Shown here piece by piece: positions 38,255-48,086 of a stretch of 64,000 nucleotides of DNA (position 1 is its first letter; each line of letters starts with the position of its first letter). Below the pieces are notes generated by a model. It was not told where the DNA came from, did no database searches, and worked only from the letters and a program-made list of their open reading frames with translations. This stretch comes from Eubacteriales bacterium (GTDB taxonomy: Bacteria > Bacillota > Clostridia > Oscillospirales > CAG-272), in NCBI GenBank assembly GCA_045656885.1, contig JAZORZ010000042.1, positions 6,973-70,972 of the forward strand. The letters run 5' to 3'. The position numbers and the translations under genes are program-made.

Positions 38255-39006
38255 TAGTCCTGTTGCTTGTTACGGCTGCGATAGTTGATAACAGCTTCGG
38301 CAAGAGGAAGATCCTCAATGGTAGTGATCTTAACGTTACCAACGCCGCACTCAATCAGATGTACGCGGTAGCCGATGCCTTCAACAAGGGTAGCATCATC
38401 GGTTACCTCAACCTTAGTGTTGGTTGTTGCAAGCATAGCTGCCTTGTAAAGAGAGGTATGGAATACCTGAGGGGTTTGCATTTCCCAAAGATCCTTGCGA
38501 TCAATGGTTTCGGTGGTGTTGTGCAGAACGGTTGCGCGCTTAACGGTATCGTTAACCTTGTGAGCCGCGCAAGCTGCCATATTGCGATAAGCGCTCAAGC
38601 AAACCTTTGTAATTTGGGTGGGGGTGGTCAGGCAACGTGCACCGTCGGCGATAGCAACGTACTTAACCTCATCACTGAGCTTTTCCATACCGTTTTTAGC
38701 AGATTCTTGACGGGTTGCGCCGCCTGCTACCACGTGGGTAAGCTTTGTAATGCCGTATGTTGCCTTCAGCTCTTGAATTCTGCCAAAGTCCTCGGGCTTT
38801 GCAACCAAAACGATCTCACGAATGAGAGGACATCTTTGGTATGCGATCATCGAGTGTGCCAATACGGGAATACCGTTGATGTTAAAGAACATCTTATTGA
38901 TGTTACCCATGCGTTTAGAGTCACCTGCAGCGAGAATAATTGCCGCGGTGGCAGAATCGGGAAGATACTTGTGTACGGTTTCTACAACTTGTTGCAATTT
39001 GCTCAT
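38254..39006 (-). CDS. ispD: 2-C-methyl-D-erythritol 4-phosphate cytidylyltransferase
   Basis: The start was set at 39006 (MSKLQQ...). The motif [14 protein letters not shown] and IspD-like length and order support the call. Confidence 0.88.
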   Translation of the reverse strand: MSKLQQVVETVHKYLPDSATAAIILAAGDSKRMGNINKMFFNINGIPVLAHSMIAYQRCPLIREIVLVAKPEDFGRIQELKATYGITKLTHVVAGGATRQESAKNGMEKLSDEVKYVAIADGARCLTTPTQITKVCLSAYRNMAACAAHKVNDTVKRATVLHNTTETIDRKDLWEMQTPQVFHTSLYKAAMLATTNTKVEVTDDATLVEGIGYRVHLIECGVGNVKITTIEDLPLAEAVINYRSRNKQQD

Positions 39007-39052
39007 GGATAAATTCCATCCTTTCAAAATCAAATGTACATATTGAAAAGAA

Positions 39053-39514
39053 TCAAGCGTTTGATTCAGAGATTTCGATTTGCGTGATCATATCTACGCG
39101 ACGCTGATGCTTGCCACCTTCAAATTCGGCATCTACAAAAGCGTCAACAAGATCAAGGGCAAGTCCCATGCCAACCACGCGCTCACCAAAGCAGAGAACG
39201 TTGGCGTTGTTGTGAACGCGCGTCAAGCGCGCGCTAAAGGTATCGGAGCAGGCAGCCGCGCGAATGCCGCGGTGCTTGTTTGCAGCCATTGACATACCAA
39301 TTCCCGTGCCGCAGATAAGAATACCAAGCTCGGTAACACCTTCCTGAATGTTTTTGCACAGCTCGTGTGCAATTTGAGGGTAGTCACAACTGTCGGTGGA
39401 GTGTGTACCAACGTCAAGCACCTCAAAGCCGCGCTCCTCAAGATGAGCGATCACAAGCTTTTTCAGTCCAAAGCCCGCATGGTCACATCCAACGGTAATT
39501 TTCTTGTTGTTCAT
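39053..39514 (-). CDS. rpiB: Ribose-5-phosphate isomerase B
   Basis: 153 aa of the LacAB_rpiB family, containing VGCDHAGF and ICGTGIGMSMAANK. Confidence 0.93.
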   Translation of the reverse strand: MNNKKITVGCDHAGFGLKKLVIAHLEERGFEVLDVGTHSTDSCDYPQIAHELCKNIQEGVTELGILICGTGIGMSMAANKHRGIRAAACSDTFSARLTRVHNNANVLCFGERVVGMGLALDLVDAFVDAEFEGGKHQRRVDMITQIEISESNA

Positions 39515-39530
39515 GATGGTTGCCTCTTTT

Positions 39531-40238
39531 CTATATTCCTGTCTCTACGCTACCCATACGCTCGGCGCGTTCGCGCTCTGCTTGGGAAAGACGTAAATAG
39601 ATCGGGGACAGTGTAATGTCGGTGCAAAGCTCACCGCCGGCGTACATTCTTCTTGCCACCTGCGCCACAGAATAGGCGCTTTGATGGAGGTAGCGCTCCG
39701 AGGTCGGAATAACCGCGTGCGTCAGAAGGGGAAGGGTGATGTCGTATCCGTCACCGCACAGGCGTACGGGTTCGCTATATACAGAGAGTCTTTGGTCAAG
39801 TTCGGTAATCGCAATAGCAGAATCGGGCATCAAGCGTTCCAGCTTGCCGTCCTTTGCACGAAAGAGCGCGGTATAAACTTGCTGACGGCGTGCATTCATC
39901 ACGGGGCAAATAAGCCCCTCGTGATCGCAAAGATTGTAGGCAAGTGCTTCAAGGGTAGAAACGCCTGCGCAGGACTTCTCTTGGCCAAAAGCCAAGCCCT
40001 TAACGGTTGCCGCACCGATGCGAACACCGGTAAAGGAACCGGGACCTGCCGCAACTGCAAACAGATCGATGTCGGTGGGACAGAGTTCAAACTTGTCCAA
40101 CAAGAACTCGACCATGGGCAAAAGCGTTTGGCTGTGCGTGTTTCCGTTATTTAAGGTGAGCTCACCCAAGAGCTTTTCATCTTCGCAAAGAGCGACAGAT
40201 GCAACCTTTGCGGTGCTGTCGAGTGCTAAAATTTTCAC
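39531..40238 (-). CDS. tsaB: tRNA t6A37 biosynthesis protein TsaB
   Basis: Begins MKILALDSTAK... and contains AAGPGSFTGVRIG. Confidence 0.88.
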   Translation of the reverse strand: MKILALDSTAKVASVALCEDEKLLGELTLNNGNTHSQTLLPMVEFLLDKFELCPTDIDLFAVAAGPGSFTGVRIGAATVKGLAFGQEKSCAGVSTLEALAYNLCDHEGLICPVMNARRQQVYTALFRAKDGKLERLMPDSAIAITELDQRLSVYSEPVRLCGDGYDITLPLLTHAVIPTSERYLHQSAYSVAQVARRMYAGGELCTDITLSPIYLRLSQAERERAERMGSVETGI

Positions 40239-40250
40239 TGTTCACCCTCC

Positions 40251-40697
40251 TTAAAACGAAATGGTGATGCGGCGGTGATCTGTGTTTTGAGGATCATCCT
40301 TCTCGATCGTTACGCGAACGCAATCCTCGGGCAGGAATTCCAAAATATTTTCGCTCCATTCGGTCAGGCAAAAGCCGTCGCGCATGAGATAGTCATCAAA
40401 ACCAATGGAGAGAAGATCATCCTCGCTTTCAATGCGATACATGTCAAAGTGGAAGAGCGAGAGCGGACGCGCTCGGTACTCGTTTACCAAAGAGAAGGTA
40501 GGGGAGCGCACGGCGGCACCGGGAGTAACGACAGAAGCAAAGCCGCGCACGAACGCCGTTTTGCCAACGCCAAGGTCACCAAAGAGGGCAACAAAGCGGG
40601 AAAGCGTTGCATTCTGCAACAGATGTGTTGCAAGCTCTGCACCGCATTTTTCGGTCTCTGCGGCACTGCTTGTATAAATTGTGCTGATCTCTTTCAT
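40251..40697 (-). CDS. tsaE: tRNA t6A37 biosynthesis ATPase TsaE
   Basis: Has Walker A GDLGVGKT, SPTFSLVNEY and HFDMYR motifs. Confidence 0.9.
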   Translation of the reverse strand: MKEISTIYTSSAAETEKCGAELATHLLQNATLSRFVALFGDLGVGKTAFVRGFASVVTPGAAVRSPTFSLVNEYRARPLSLFHFDMYRIESEDDLLSIGFDDYLMRDGFCLTEWSENILEFLPEDCVRVTIEKDDPQNTDHRRITISF

Positions 40698-40742
40698 ATT
40701 TGCTCCTCGGTCGCTCTCGCCAAGATATAACTCTTCGATTAT

Positions 40743-40771
40743 ATTATAGCACGCATCCTTTCTTTTGTAAA
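40743..40771 (-). promoter_or_regulatory. Sigma-A promoter for tsaE operon
   Basis: On the minus strand, TTTACA - 17 bp - TATAAT with an extended TG. Confidence 0.7.
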
Positions 40772-40802
40772 GAGGTTTGTACCAAATTCTTTCCTATAAT
40801 AT

Positions 40803-41030
40803 TTATTTTTTCTCGTTTTTTTTCGCGTCGCGCATATCGGGAAGACTTTGACGGGAGCCATCGGGGTACTGAATAACGGTATTCTCCAAAATTCCCGTAA
40901 AGCTTGCGCGAAATTCGGCAATGTATTCGGCGCGCAGTGCCTTTTGCTCTGCGGCCTCTTCTTCACTCAGTCCAACTTCCTTGGACTTTTTTGCAAGCTC
41001 GTTGATACGAGCGATTTTTTCTTTTTCCAT
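40803..41030 (-). CDS. DUF896 (UPF0291/YnzC-like) small protein
   Basis: 75 aa with MEKEKIARINELAKKSKEVGLSEEEAAEQKALRAEYI, typical of this family. Confidence 0.75.
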   Translation of the reverse strand: MEKEKIARINELAKKSKEVGLSEEEAAEQKALRAEYIAEFRASFTGILENTVIQYPDGSRQSLPDMRDAKKNEKK

Positions 41031-41046
41031 AACTAACTCCTTGTTA

Positions 41047-41754
41047 TTAGATCATAAAAATCGTTCCAACGTCACACAGATCACAGTTGGAAAGACCTAC
41101 AACACAAACATTATGCATTTGGCAAAAACGAATTATTCGATTGTAATCGGGATGCCGCGAGACATCTCCGCAGAAAAATACGGTGTCTACATTTCCTCGC
41201 GGTGCAAAGCTTGCACATCCGCCAATAAAACCGTAATCATATCCTACAAGGGAGATATGTCCTGCCTGAACTCTGAGAACGTCAATTCCAAAAGCATCGA
41301 CTTTTTCGGCTATTGAGGCATCGGAGGTGATAAGTGCATTCTTTCCCAGCGGTAAAGCAGAGCACTTGGCGTAGCCCTGATTGACGTGGCAGGGCGTCAT
41401 ATCCAATTCGAGCAGTTCCTTTGCTACCGTTTTGGTGTTGCAAAAAAGACGGTTACCCAAGGGTAAGGCATTGAGAAGAACGTCACGGGGATATTCGTTT
41501 CCGTATTCTTCGTCAATGAACCGAATGGGCGTGCCATAGACCGCAGAGATCTCTTCTAACTCCTTTGCTGCAATCCTTGAATAGCTTTTGGTGCAAAAGA
41601 TTGCATCGGGCGCAAAAAAAAGAAGCATATCGGGGTGAGATGCCACGGGTGCGGGCAAATTGGGGTGCGGCGGCAGGCGCAGCGTACGGTGCCCAAATTT
41701 GGATAAGGACTCTTCCGCCTCGCGGGGAAAGGTGTGATTTGTGAGTGCTAACAT
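41047..41754 (-). CDS. Conserved hypothetical protein (possible guanidino-group-modifying-enzyme-like fold)
   Basis: 235 aa. Its AGGAG RBS directly abuts the U-tract of the rpmB terminator. It has a conserved-looking GFIGGCASF near the C-terminus. The fold assignment is tentative. Confidence 0.5.
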   Translation of the reverse strand: MLALTNHTFPREAEESLSKFGHRTLRLPPHPNLPAPVASHPDMLLFFAPDAIFCTKSYSRIAAKELEEISAVYGTPIRFIDEEYGNEYPRDVLLNALPLGNRLFCNTKTVAKELLELDMTPCHVNQGYAKCSALPLGKNALITSDASIAEKVDAFGIDVLRVQAGHISLVGYDYGFIGGCASFAPRGNVDTVFFCGDVSRHPDYNRIIRFCQMHNVCVVGLSNCDLCDVGTIFMI

Positions 41755-41763
41755 ACCAACTCC

Positions 41764-41795
41764 TAAAATAAAGGGCAGACACGCCGTGTCTGCCT
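41764..41795 (-). terminator. Terminator after rpmB
   Basis: 9-bp GC-rich stem ggcagacac/gtgtctgcc followed by a U-run on the minus strand. Confidence 0.8.
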
Positions 41796-41816
41796 TACTT
41801 TATTTGCACATTCAGA

Positions 41817-41987
41817 TTAAGCCTTCTTCATGGTGCGCAGGCAACGAGAACAAACGTAAATTGCTTTGCTGCCTTCCAACTTTACCTTGCGGATGTTGGG
41901 CTTCCAAGTTCTGTTGGTTTTGCGATGAGAGTGAGAAACGTTTTGACCGAACACAACGCCCTTACTGCAGATACAACATTTTGCCAT
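41817..41987 (-). CDS. rpmB: 50S ribosomal protein L28
   Basis: The start was set at 41987 behind GGAGG. 56 aa: MAKCCICSKGVVFGQNVSHSHRKTNRTWKPNIRKVK... Confidence 0.9.
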   Translation of the reverse strand: MAKCCICSKGVVFGQNVSHSHRKTNRTWKPNIRKVKLEGSKAIYVCSRCLRTMKKA

Positions 41988-42062
41988 TTTAGCGACCTCC
42001 TTAAGACTTGCCCGTGCCGAAAATGTAGCGGCAGAGCTGTTTCCATACTTCAAACGAAAAAC

Positions 42063-42091
42063 ATTATACCATACTTTTTTCAAAAAAGCAA
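42063..42091 (-). promoter_or_regulatory. Sigma-A promoter for rpmB
   Basis: On the minus strand, TTGCTT - 17 bp - TATAAT with an extended TG. Confidence 0.65.
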
Positions 42092-42166
42092 GAGTTTTTT
42101 TCAACTTTTTTATAATTTTTTTATCTTTTTTTGCCGTTGGCGGTGATTTTTTTCAAAAAATCCTAT

Positions 42167-43483
42167 TTATGCCTGCGGACAAAGTGTACCAACGCACTTT
42201 TTACCGTCGTTGCCCGTGATGTAGACCGTGCGTGTCTGCGCGGGCAAGGGGTGCGGCGCAGGGCAAGAAACCTCAACAAAGGTATCGGTGTGACCAATGG
42301 CAATGCCGTCCGTATAGGTTTCAAAAAGCACGCTGACTGCGGTATTGGTATAAGATTCCAAAATTTCCTTTTGGATCTCTGCCTGAATAACGCTCAATTC
42401 GCGCACGCGCTGATGGCGAATTTCCTCGGGAACTCTGCCCGGAAGCGTTGCGGCAACCGTGCCGCGGCGCTCGGAGTAGGGGAAGACGTGGATCATTAAA
42501 AATTTCGCCTTTTTTGCAAAATCAACGGTCAGGGCAAAATCCTCCTCGGTCTCACCCGGGAACCCGACGATAATATCGGTAGTAAACTGAACGTTGGGCA
42601 TTGCCGCGCGCAGACGTTCCATACCCTCCAGTGCCATTTTACGGTTGTATTTGCGTTTCATGAGTGCCAAGATTTTATCCGATCCGCTTTGCATTGAAAG
42701 GTGAAAATGCGGTGTCAGCGACTTCAACCTTGCAATGCGATTGACAAATTCGGGCTTCATCAAAGAGGGATCAAGAGAGCCCAAGCGAACGCGCCCGATG
42801 CCGGGGATAGCATCTACCTCCTCCAAAAGATCTGCAAAGCGGTAGCCGTTATCAAAATCGCGACCGTAGGAAGCAGTCTCAATGCCCGTCAGTACCACCT
42901 CGCGGCAACCGCCTGCAATCAGCGCGCGCACCTCATTGAGTACGTCGGCAGGGGCTTTGGAGCGCACCTTGCCACGCGCTTCGGGAATGATGCAATAGGT
43001 ACAGCGGTTCTCGCAACCGTCCTCAATTTTAATGTAAGCGCGTGTGCGGTCAAATTTTGAAATTTGCATCTGTTCAAATTCGTCAAGAGGAGCAATTTCA
43101 ATTTTGGGAGTTGCGTTTTTGTGTCCTTGTGCAAACAGATTTTCAATGGCGTCCAGCACCTGCAGCTTGCGGCCGTTTCCGCAAATGTAATCGATGCCTT
43201 CTATTTTGGCAAGCTTATCCGAAAAGACCTCTGCCATACAGCCCGTAACAATGATATACGCCGCAGGGTTTGTCTTAATGGCGCGGCGAATGAGTTGACG
43301 CGCCTTGCGGTCGGATTCTGCCGTTACCGTGCAGGTATTGACGATATAAGCATCACAAACCTGTGAAAAGGGAACGACCGAAAAGCCGCGGGCTGCAAGT
43401 CCCTCGGCAATGGCTTCCGATTCGTATTGATTGACCTTACACCCGAGGGTGTAAATGCCCACAGTTTTTTGTGCGTATGACAT
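42167..43483 (-). CDS. mtaB: tRNA (t6A37) methylthiotransferase MtaB
   Basis: The start was set at 43483 behind AAGGAG. It has an N-terminal MTTase domain (GCKVNQYES), a radical-SAM motif CENRCTYC and a C-terminal TRAM-like region. Confidence 0.85.
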   Translation of the reverse strand: MSYAQKTVGIYTLGCKVNQYESEAIAEGLAARGFSVVPFSQVCDAYIVNTCTVTAESDRKARQLIRRAIKTNPAAYIIVTGCMAEVFSDKLAKIEGIDYICGNGRKLQVLDAIENLFAQGHKNATPKIEIAPLDEFEQMQISKFDRTRAYIKIEDGCENRCTYCIIPEARGKVRSKAPADVLNEVRALIAGGCREVVLTGIETASYGRDFDNGYRFADLLEEVDAIPGIGRVRLGSLDPSLMKPEFVNRIARLKSLTPHFHLSMQSGSDKILALMKRKYNRKMALEGMERLRAAMPNVQFTTDIIVGFPGETEEDFALTVDFAKKAKFLMIHVFPYSERRGTVAATLPGRVPEEIRHQRVRELSVIQAEIQKEILESYTNTAVSVLFETYTDGIAIGHTDTFVEVSCPAPHPLPAQTRTVYITGNDGKKCVGTLCPQA

Positions 43484-43582
43484 AATAACTCCTTGTTTTC
43501 GTCTTCTCCTTAATTTTAACACGATTTGGGCAAAAAGTAAATAAAAAAACGCAAAAAAATATGCCGAATTTGCATTTTGGGC

Positions 43583-43611
43583 TTGAAAAAAGCAAAAAAG
43601 AGTTGTATAAT
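43583..43611 (+). promoter_or_regulatory. Sigma-A promoter for upp
   Basis: TTGAAA - 17 bp - TATAAT. Confidence 0.7.
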
Positions 43612-43651
43612 GAGAATGAAATCCAATATGCTTGCTAAAGGAGGCAGAACA

Positions 43652-44281
43652 ATGAGTGAATTATTTGTTATGAACCATCCCCTTATCACCCACAAGCTTT
43701 CCATTATGAGAAACAAAAAGACGGGTTCTAAGGATTTCCGCGAACTGCTTGACGAGATCGCTATGCTCATGGGCTATGAGCTCACACGTGACCTTCCCAC
43801 CGAGGACGTTACCATTGAAACTCCCATTACCAAAATGAAGGCAAAAATGATCTCGGGCAAAAAGCTGGCTATCGTGCCCATTCTGCGCGCGGGTCTTGGT
43901 ATGGTTGACGGTTTGCAACGCCTCATTCCCGTTGCAAAGGTAGGTCATATCGGTCTTTACCGCGATCCCGAAACGCATCTGCCCGTGGAGTATTACTGCA
44001 AGCTGCCGCCTGACATTGACGAGCGAATCGTTATTCTCGTTGACCCCATGCTGGCAACGGGCGGTTCTGCCGTAGATGCACTTACCATGCTCAAGGCACG
44101 TGGCTGCAAGCACATTCGCTTTATGTGTCTGGTTGCCGCTCCCGAGGGCGTTCGTGCCGTACAAGCCAAGCATCCCGATGTTGATATTTATGCCGCAGCT
44201 CTTGATGACTGTCTCAACGAGCACGCATACATCGTTCCCGGTCTGGGCGACGCGGGCGACCGTATTTTCGGTACACTTTAA
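43652..44281 (+). CDS. upp: Uracil phosphoribosyltransferase
   Basis: The start was set at 43652 behind AAAGGAGG. Contains HPLITHKLS, the PRPP motif [13 protein letters not shown] and [12 protein letters not shown]. Confidence 0.95.
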   Translation: MSELFVMNHPLITHKLSIMRNKKTGSKDFRELLDEIAMLMGYELTRDLPTEDVTIETPITKMKAKMISGKKLAIVPILRAGLGMVDGLQRLIPVAKVGHIGLYRDPETHLPVEYYCKLPPDIDERIVILVDPMLATGGSAVDALTMLKARGCKHIRFMCLVAAPEGVRAVQAKHPDVDIYAAALDDCLNEHAYIVPGLGDAGDRIFGTL

Positions 44282-44335
44282 TCAAACCAAAAAGGAGTGT
44301 CGGGGAGCTGAACAAGCTCCCCGAACTGTGCATCA

Positions 44336-45295
44336 ATGAAAATTTTGATTGTAGGACATAACGATGCGGGGCAACGCTTGGATAAATTCTTATCCAAAGC
44401 CGTAAAAGGACTGCCGCAATCGTTAATGTACAAATACATTCGCACAAAAAAAATAAAGGTCAATCGCGCGCGTACCGAGCAAAAGTATATGCTTTGCGAG
44501 GGAGATGAGATCCAACTTTTTATCAGAGATGAATTTTTTGGGGCTCCCGAGAGTGACCGTGGGGCACTCTTTCGCATCGTTCCCAAGCTGGATATCGTTT
44601 ATGAGGACGAAAACATTATGCTCCTCAACAAACGTCCGGGCGTGCTCGTGCACGAGGATACCGCCGCCGCCGAGAACACGCTGATCATGCACGTCAAGGC
44701 ATACCTGGCGCAAAAAGGGGAGTATGATCCCGAGTGCGAGCAATCCTTTGCTCCCGCACTTTGCAACCGCATCGACCGTAACACAGGCGGCATTGCCATT
44801 GCCGCCAAGAATGCCGAGGCATTGCGCGAGATGAACGAAAAGATCCGCAATGATGAGCTTCGCAAATGCTATATTTGTGCCGTTCACGGCATTCCCAAAA
44901 AGCAATCTGCAACCTTGAGAGGATATCTTAAAAAGAACAGTGCCGACAACACCGTTGACGTCATCGACACTCCTCGCACGGGGTATAAGGAGATCATCAC
45001 GAAATATCACATTTTGAAAACGCGCAAGGATACGGCTTTGCTTGAGGTTGAGCTGGTTACGGGCAGAACCCATCAGATCCGCGCGCATCTTTCCCACATC
45101 GGGCATCCGCTCCTCGGCGACGGCAAATACGGCGTCAACCGCGATGACCGCGCAAAGGGATATAAATTCCAAGCACTTTATGCTTACCGCTTGACTTTCC
45201 GTAAGGTAGAGCGAGAGGGGGCATTGAAATACTTGGAGGGAAAGAGCTTTTCCATCGACCAAAACGACGTTTGGTTTATCAAAGATTTTCAGTAA
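44336..45295 (+). CDS. RluA/RluD-family 23S rRNA pseudouridine synthase
   Basis: Has an S4-like N-terminus, a catalytic motif NRIDRNTGG and C-terminal TGRTHQIRAH. Confidence 0.88.
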   Translation: MKILIVGHNDAGQRLDKFLSKAVKGLPQSLMYKYIRTKKIKVNRARTEQKYMLCEGDEIQLFIRDEFFGAPESDRGALFRIVPKLDIVYEDENIMLLNKRPGVLVHEDTAAAENTLIMHVKAYLAQKGEYDPECEQSFAPALCNRIDRNTGGIAIAAKNAEALREMNEKIRNDELRKCYICAVHGIPKKQSATLRGYLKKNSADNTVDVIDTPRTGYKEIITKYHILKTRKDTALLEVELVTGRTHQIRAHLSHIGHPLLGDGKYGVNRDDRAKGYKFQALYAYRLTFRKVEREGALKYLEGKSFSIDQNDVWFIKDFQ

Positions 45296-45309
45296 TTTAG
45301 GAGGTGCCT

Positions 45310-46902
45310 ATGTGCGAGCGATATAAAAAAATAGCATTACCGGCAATGCTTATAGGTGTAGCACTGACGGCACTGACACTGATCTTTCCCAAGGTCGGTT
45401 TTTTGGAGTGGATCACACTTGTTCCGCTCTTTTTGGGAGCATTTATATACTGTGCCGACTCCAAAAAGGGGCTTTTTCGTACCTATCTTGCGGGCTTTTT
45501 GACCGTTTTTGTTTACTATTTTATCATTTACCATTGGTTTTTGAGTCTTTATCCGCTTGATTTTGCGGGCTTGGACAATGCATCCTCGGTAGTTGTTGTA
45601 GCCGCCGGTTGGATAGGCCTCTCCGTATTTCAAGCTGTTCCGGGTGGCTTGATCTTTCTTGTGTTCAAGCTGCTTGAACGCCGAGGCATTTTTGAGCGCA
45701 CCCCAATTTTGCGCCCCATTGCTTTTTCTGCCTTGTGGATCGTTTTTGAATGGTCGAGCACGCTTGGCTGGACAGGCGTTCCTTGGGGACGTCTTTGCAT
45801 CGGACAGAGTGAATATTTGCCCGCTTTGCAGTCGGCATCGCTCCTAGGACCTTATTTTGTCAGCTTTTTGATCTTGATCGTCAACGGACTGTTGGCGTAT
45901 GCTATACTCAATTATCGCACAAAGAGGAATGCAATTATTTGCGCATCTCTTGCAGTGATTATTTTGCTTTCCAATATTCTTTTGGGCGTCGGCTTGATGA
46001 ACAAAAAGGATCATGACCGCACCACCGTTAAGGTTGCGGCAATTCAGGGCAACGTAGATATGGACGCACAGGGAACGGCACTCAAGGAGCTGATGCGCGT
46101 TTACGGCGAAATGACACGCGAAGCGGCCGAGGCAGGTGCCAAGATCGTTGTTTGGCCCGAGAGCATCTTTCCGTACCGCATGAATCGCTATGCTGTTTTG
46201 AAAGACTTTGTTTGTGAGGTTGCCGTTGATTGCAAGGTCACGCTCATTGTTGGCGCACTTTATGACGGCGGAGACGGAAAAAGTTACAATACCTTATATA
46301 TGGTTACACCCGAGGGGCAAATTTCGGCAAATCTCTATCACAAGCGTCACCTTGTGCCGTTTGGCGAGTACGTTCCCATGCGCAAGCTGATCATGACGCT
46401 CATTCCGCCGCTGGCAGAGCTTTCGGCTCTGAACGATGACCTTACCCCCGGAACCGAGACCGCACTGTTTGAAACCAAATGGGGCAAGCTTGGGGGGCTG
46501 ATCTGCTTTGATTCGATTTATGAGGAATTGACACGCGCAAGTGCTCGCGACGGAGCCAATTTGATGCTGCTCCCAAGCAACGATTCCTGGTGGTTCTCGA
46601 CATCGGTTGAAACCTATCAAAACGAAACGCAAGCGATGCTGCGCGCCATTGAAAGCGGCCGTTACCTCGTTCGCGCGGGGAATACGGGCATTTCTTCCAT
46701 CATCACAGAGCACGGAGAGCATTTGGCCTGGCTTGCTCCCGAAACCAAGGGAATTGCCATTGCGGAGGTAGAAATGTGCACAAACACAACGCTTTACACA
46801 CGCATCGGTAATTTGTTTGTTTATTTGTGCATGGCGTTTGTTCTCTTGCTGTATCCCGCTCATTTCATTCTTGAAAAACACCGAAAAAAGAATACTTTAT
46901 AA
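45310..46902 (+). CDS. lnt: Apolipoprotein N-acyltransferase homolog
   Basis: Has a multi-TM N-terminal domain plus a CN-hydrolase domain with candidate triad residues: E (VVWPES), K (YHKRHLVPFGEYVP) and C (GGLICFDS). The ATG at 45310 lies 5 nt after AGGAGG. Confidence 0.8.
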   Translation: MCERYKKIALPAMLIGVALTALTLIFPKVGFLEWITLVPLFLGAFIYCADSKKGLFRTYLAGFLTVFVYYFIIYHWFLSLYPLDFAGLDNASSVVVVAAGWIGLSVFQAVPGGLIFLVFKLLERRGIFERTPILRPIAFSALWIVFEWSSTLGWTGVPWGRLCIGQSEYLPALQSASLLGPYFVSFLILIVNGLLAYAILNYRTKRNAIICASLAVIILLSNILLGVGLMNKKDHDRTTVKVAAIQGNVDMDAQGTALKELMRVYGEMTREAAEAGAKIVVWPESIFPYRMNRYAVLKDFVCEVAVDCKVTLIVGALYDGGDGKSYNTLYMVTPEGQISANLYHKRHLVPFGEYVPMRKLIMTLIPPLAELSALNDDLTPGTETALFETKWGKLGGLICFDSIYEELTRASARDGANLMLLPSNDSWWFSTSVETYQNETQAMLRAIESGRYLVRAGNTGISSIITEHGEHLAWLAPETKGIAIAEVEMCTNTTLYTRIGNLFVYLCMAFVLLLYPAHFILEKHRKKNTL

Positions 46903-46903
46903 C

Positions 46904-46938
46904 AAAAAGCCGTCGCGAAACATTCGCGGCGGCTTCTG
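46904..46938. terminator. Bidirectional terminator between lnt and recombinase
   Basis: 9-bp stem gccgtcgcg/cgcggcggc flanked by an A-run and a T-rich tract. Confidence 0.75.
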
Positions 46939-46940
46939 CT

Positions 46941-47945
46941 TTATTTCTTCGATTTTGTGTTTGCCAATGGGTTTTGAGCCATTGCTTTTTCAATGTCGGC
47001 ATTGGAAACGTGCGTATAGATCTGCGTGGTGTTGAGTTGCTCGTGACCGAGAATTTCCTTGAGCACGCGCACGTCAACGTTGCCCGACTGATACATGAGT
47101 GTCGCGGCAGTGTGGCGGAGCTTATGCACCGAATAGTGCTTGGATTCAAGTCCTGCAAGCTTGAGGTATTTGTAAACCATTGCTTGCACGGTTTTTACGC
47201 TCATTCGCTGATCCAAACGGCTCAAAAAGACCGCCTTTGTTTGCACGTGTGCATACTTTTGGCTCATACGGGTGATGAGATAATCGGTCAGTGCTGCTTG
47301 GCAAGCATCATTCAAGTAAATGACACGTTCTTTGCTGCCTTTACCCATAACACGTAGGGAAGTCATATCCGAGGTAATATCGTTGATGTCAATGCCTACA
47401 AGCTCGGAAAGTCGCATGCCGCAGTTGAGAAAGAGTGTCAGGATGGCATAGTCACGCTTGCGGAACTTCGATTCTTTATCGTTGTCAACCGCCGCCAAAA
47501 GGCGCATCGATTCGGTGAGTGAGAGCACCTTGGGGAGCGTTTTTTGCGCTTTGGGAGAGTCGATGTCGGTGGTGGGATTATATTCGAGATAGTGCCGCTT
47601 ATTTACCAAATATTTATAGAGTGAGCGAATGGCGGAAAGCTTTCGCGCACGCGCACACCATTGGTTCTCGCGGTCATCGGTCACGTAAGCGAGGTAGTCG
47701 TAAAGATCCTCGGCGCGGATCTTACCGAGCATCTCAAGGCCAACGCCCCTGACGTCGATTTTGAAAAATTCTTCAGAGCGGAAGGGAATGTCGTTCTCGC
47801 GTGCGACGAGATAGCGAAAAAAGGTGCGTAGATCCAGCAGATATTCATCTACTGTCTTCTGTGAGCACCCTTGAATACTTCTCTTATACGATGCGTATTC
47901 CTGAATGAGGGAAGAAAATTCATTCTTTGAAATAATGTTCGACAT
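46941..47945 (-). CDS. Tyrosine site-specific recombinase (XerC/XerD-like integrase family)
   Basis: The start was set at 47945 behind GGAGG. It has an N-terminal SAM-like domain. Catalytic residues are R (GMRLSEL), HKLRHTAAT, and GHEQLNTTQIYTH with Tyr. Confidence 0.85.
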   Translation of the reverse strand: MSNIISKNEFSSLIQEYASYKRSIQGCSQKTVDEYLLDLRTFFRYLVARENDIPFRSEEFFKIDVRGVGLEMLGKIRAEDLYDYLAYVTDDRENQWCARARKLSAIRSLYKYLVNKRHYLEYNPTTDIDSPKAQKTLPKVLSLTESMRLLAAVDNDKESKFRKRDYAILTLFLNCGMRLSELVGIDINDITSDMTSLRVMGKGSKERVIYLNDACQAALTDYLITRMSQKYAHVQTKAVFLSRLDQRMSVKTVQAMVYKYLKLAGLESKHYSVHKLRHTAATLMYQSGNVDVRVLKEILGHEQLNTTQIYTHVSNADIEKAMAQNPLANTKSKK

Positions 47946-48028
47946 AGCATTCCTCCACTTTATTACCTTCATTATACAACATATCTTGCTTTTTTAGTTG
48001 ATAAATTGTAAATTTTTGCGTCATATAG

Positions 48029-48057
48029 TTGCATTTATAGCAAAAATTCGCTATACT
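48029..48057 (+). promoter_or_regulatory. Sigma-A promoter for 48087 operon
   Basis: TTGCAT - 17 bp - TATACT. Confidence 0.6.
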
Positions 48058-48086
48058 ATAGGCGAATTCACATGCGAGGTAGTCAA

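Noticed and set aside
46941-47945. Possible prophage or integrative element anchored by the tyrosine recombinase
   Set aside because: I found no phage structural, replication or excisionase genes, no tRNA target and no flanking direct repeats. Only a modest low-GC islet remains, and this is reported as a low-confidence finding instead.
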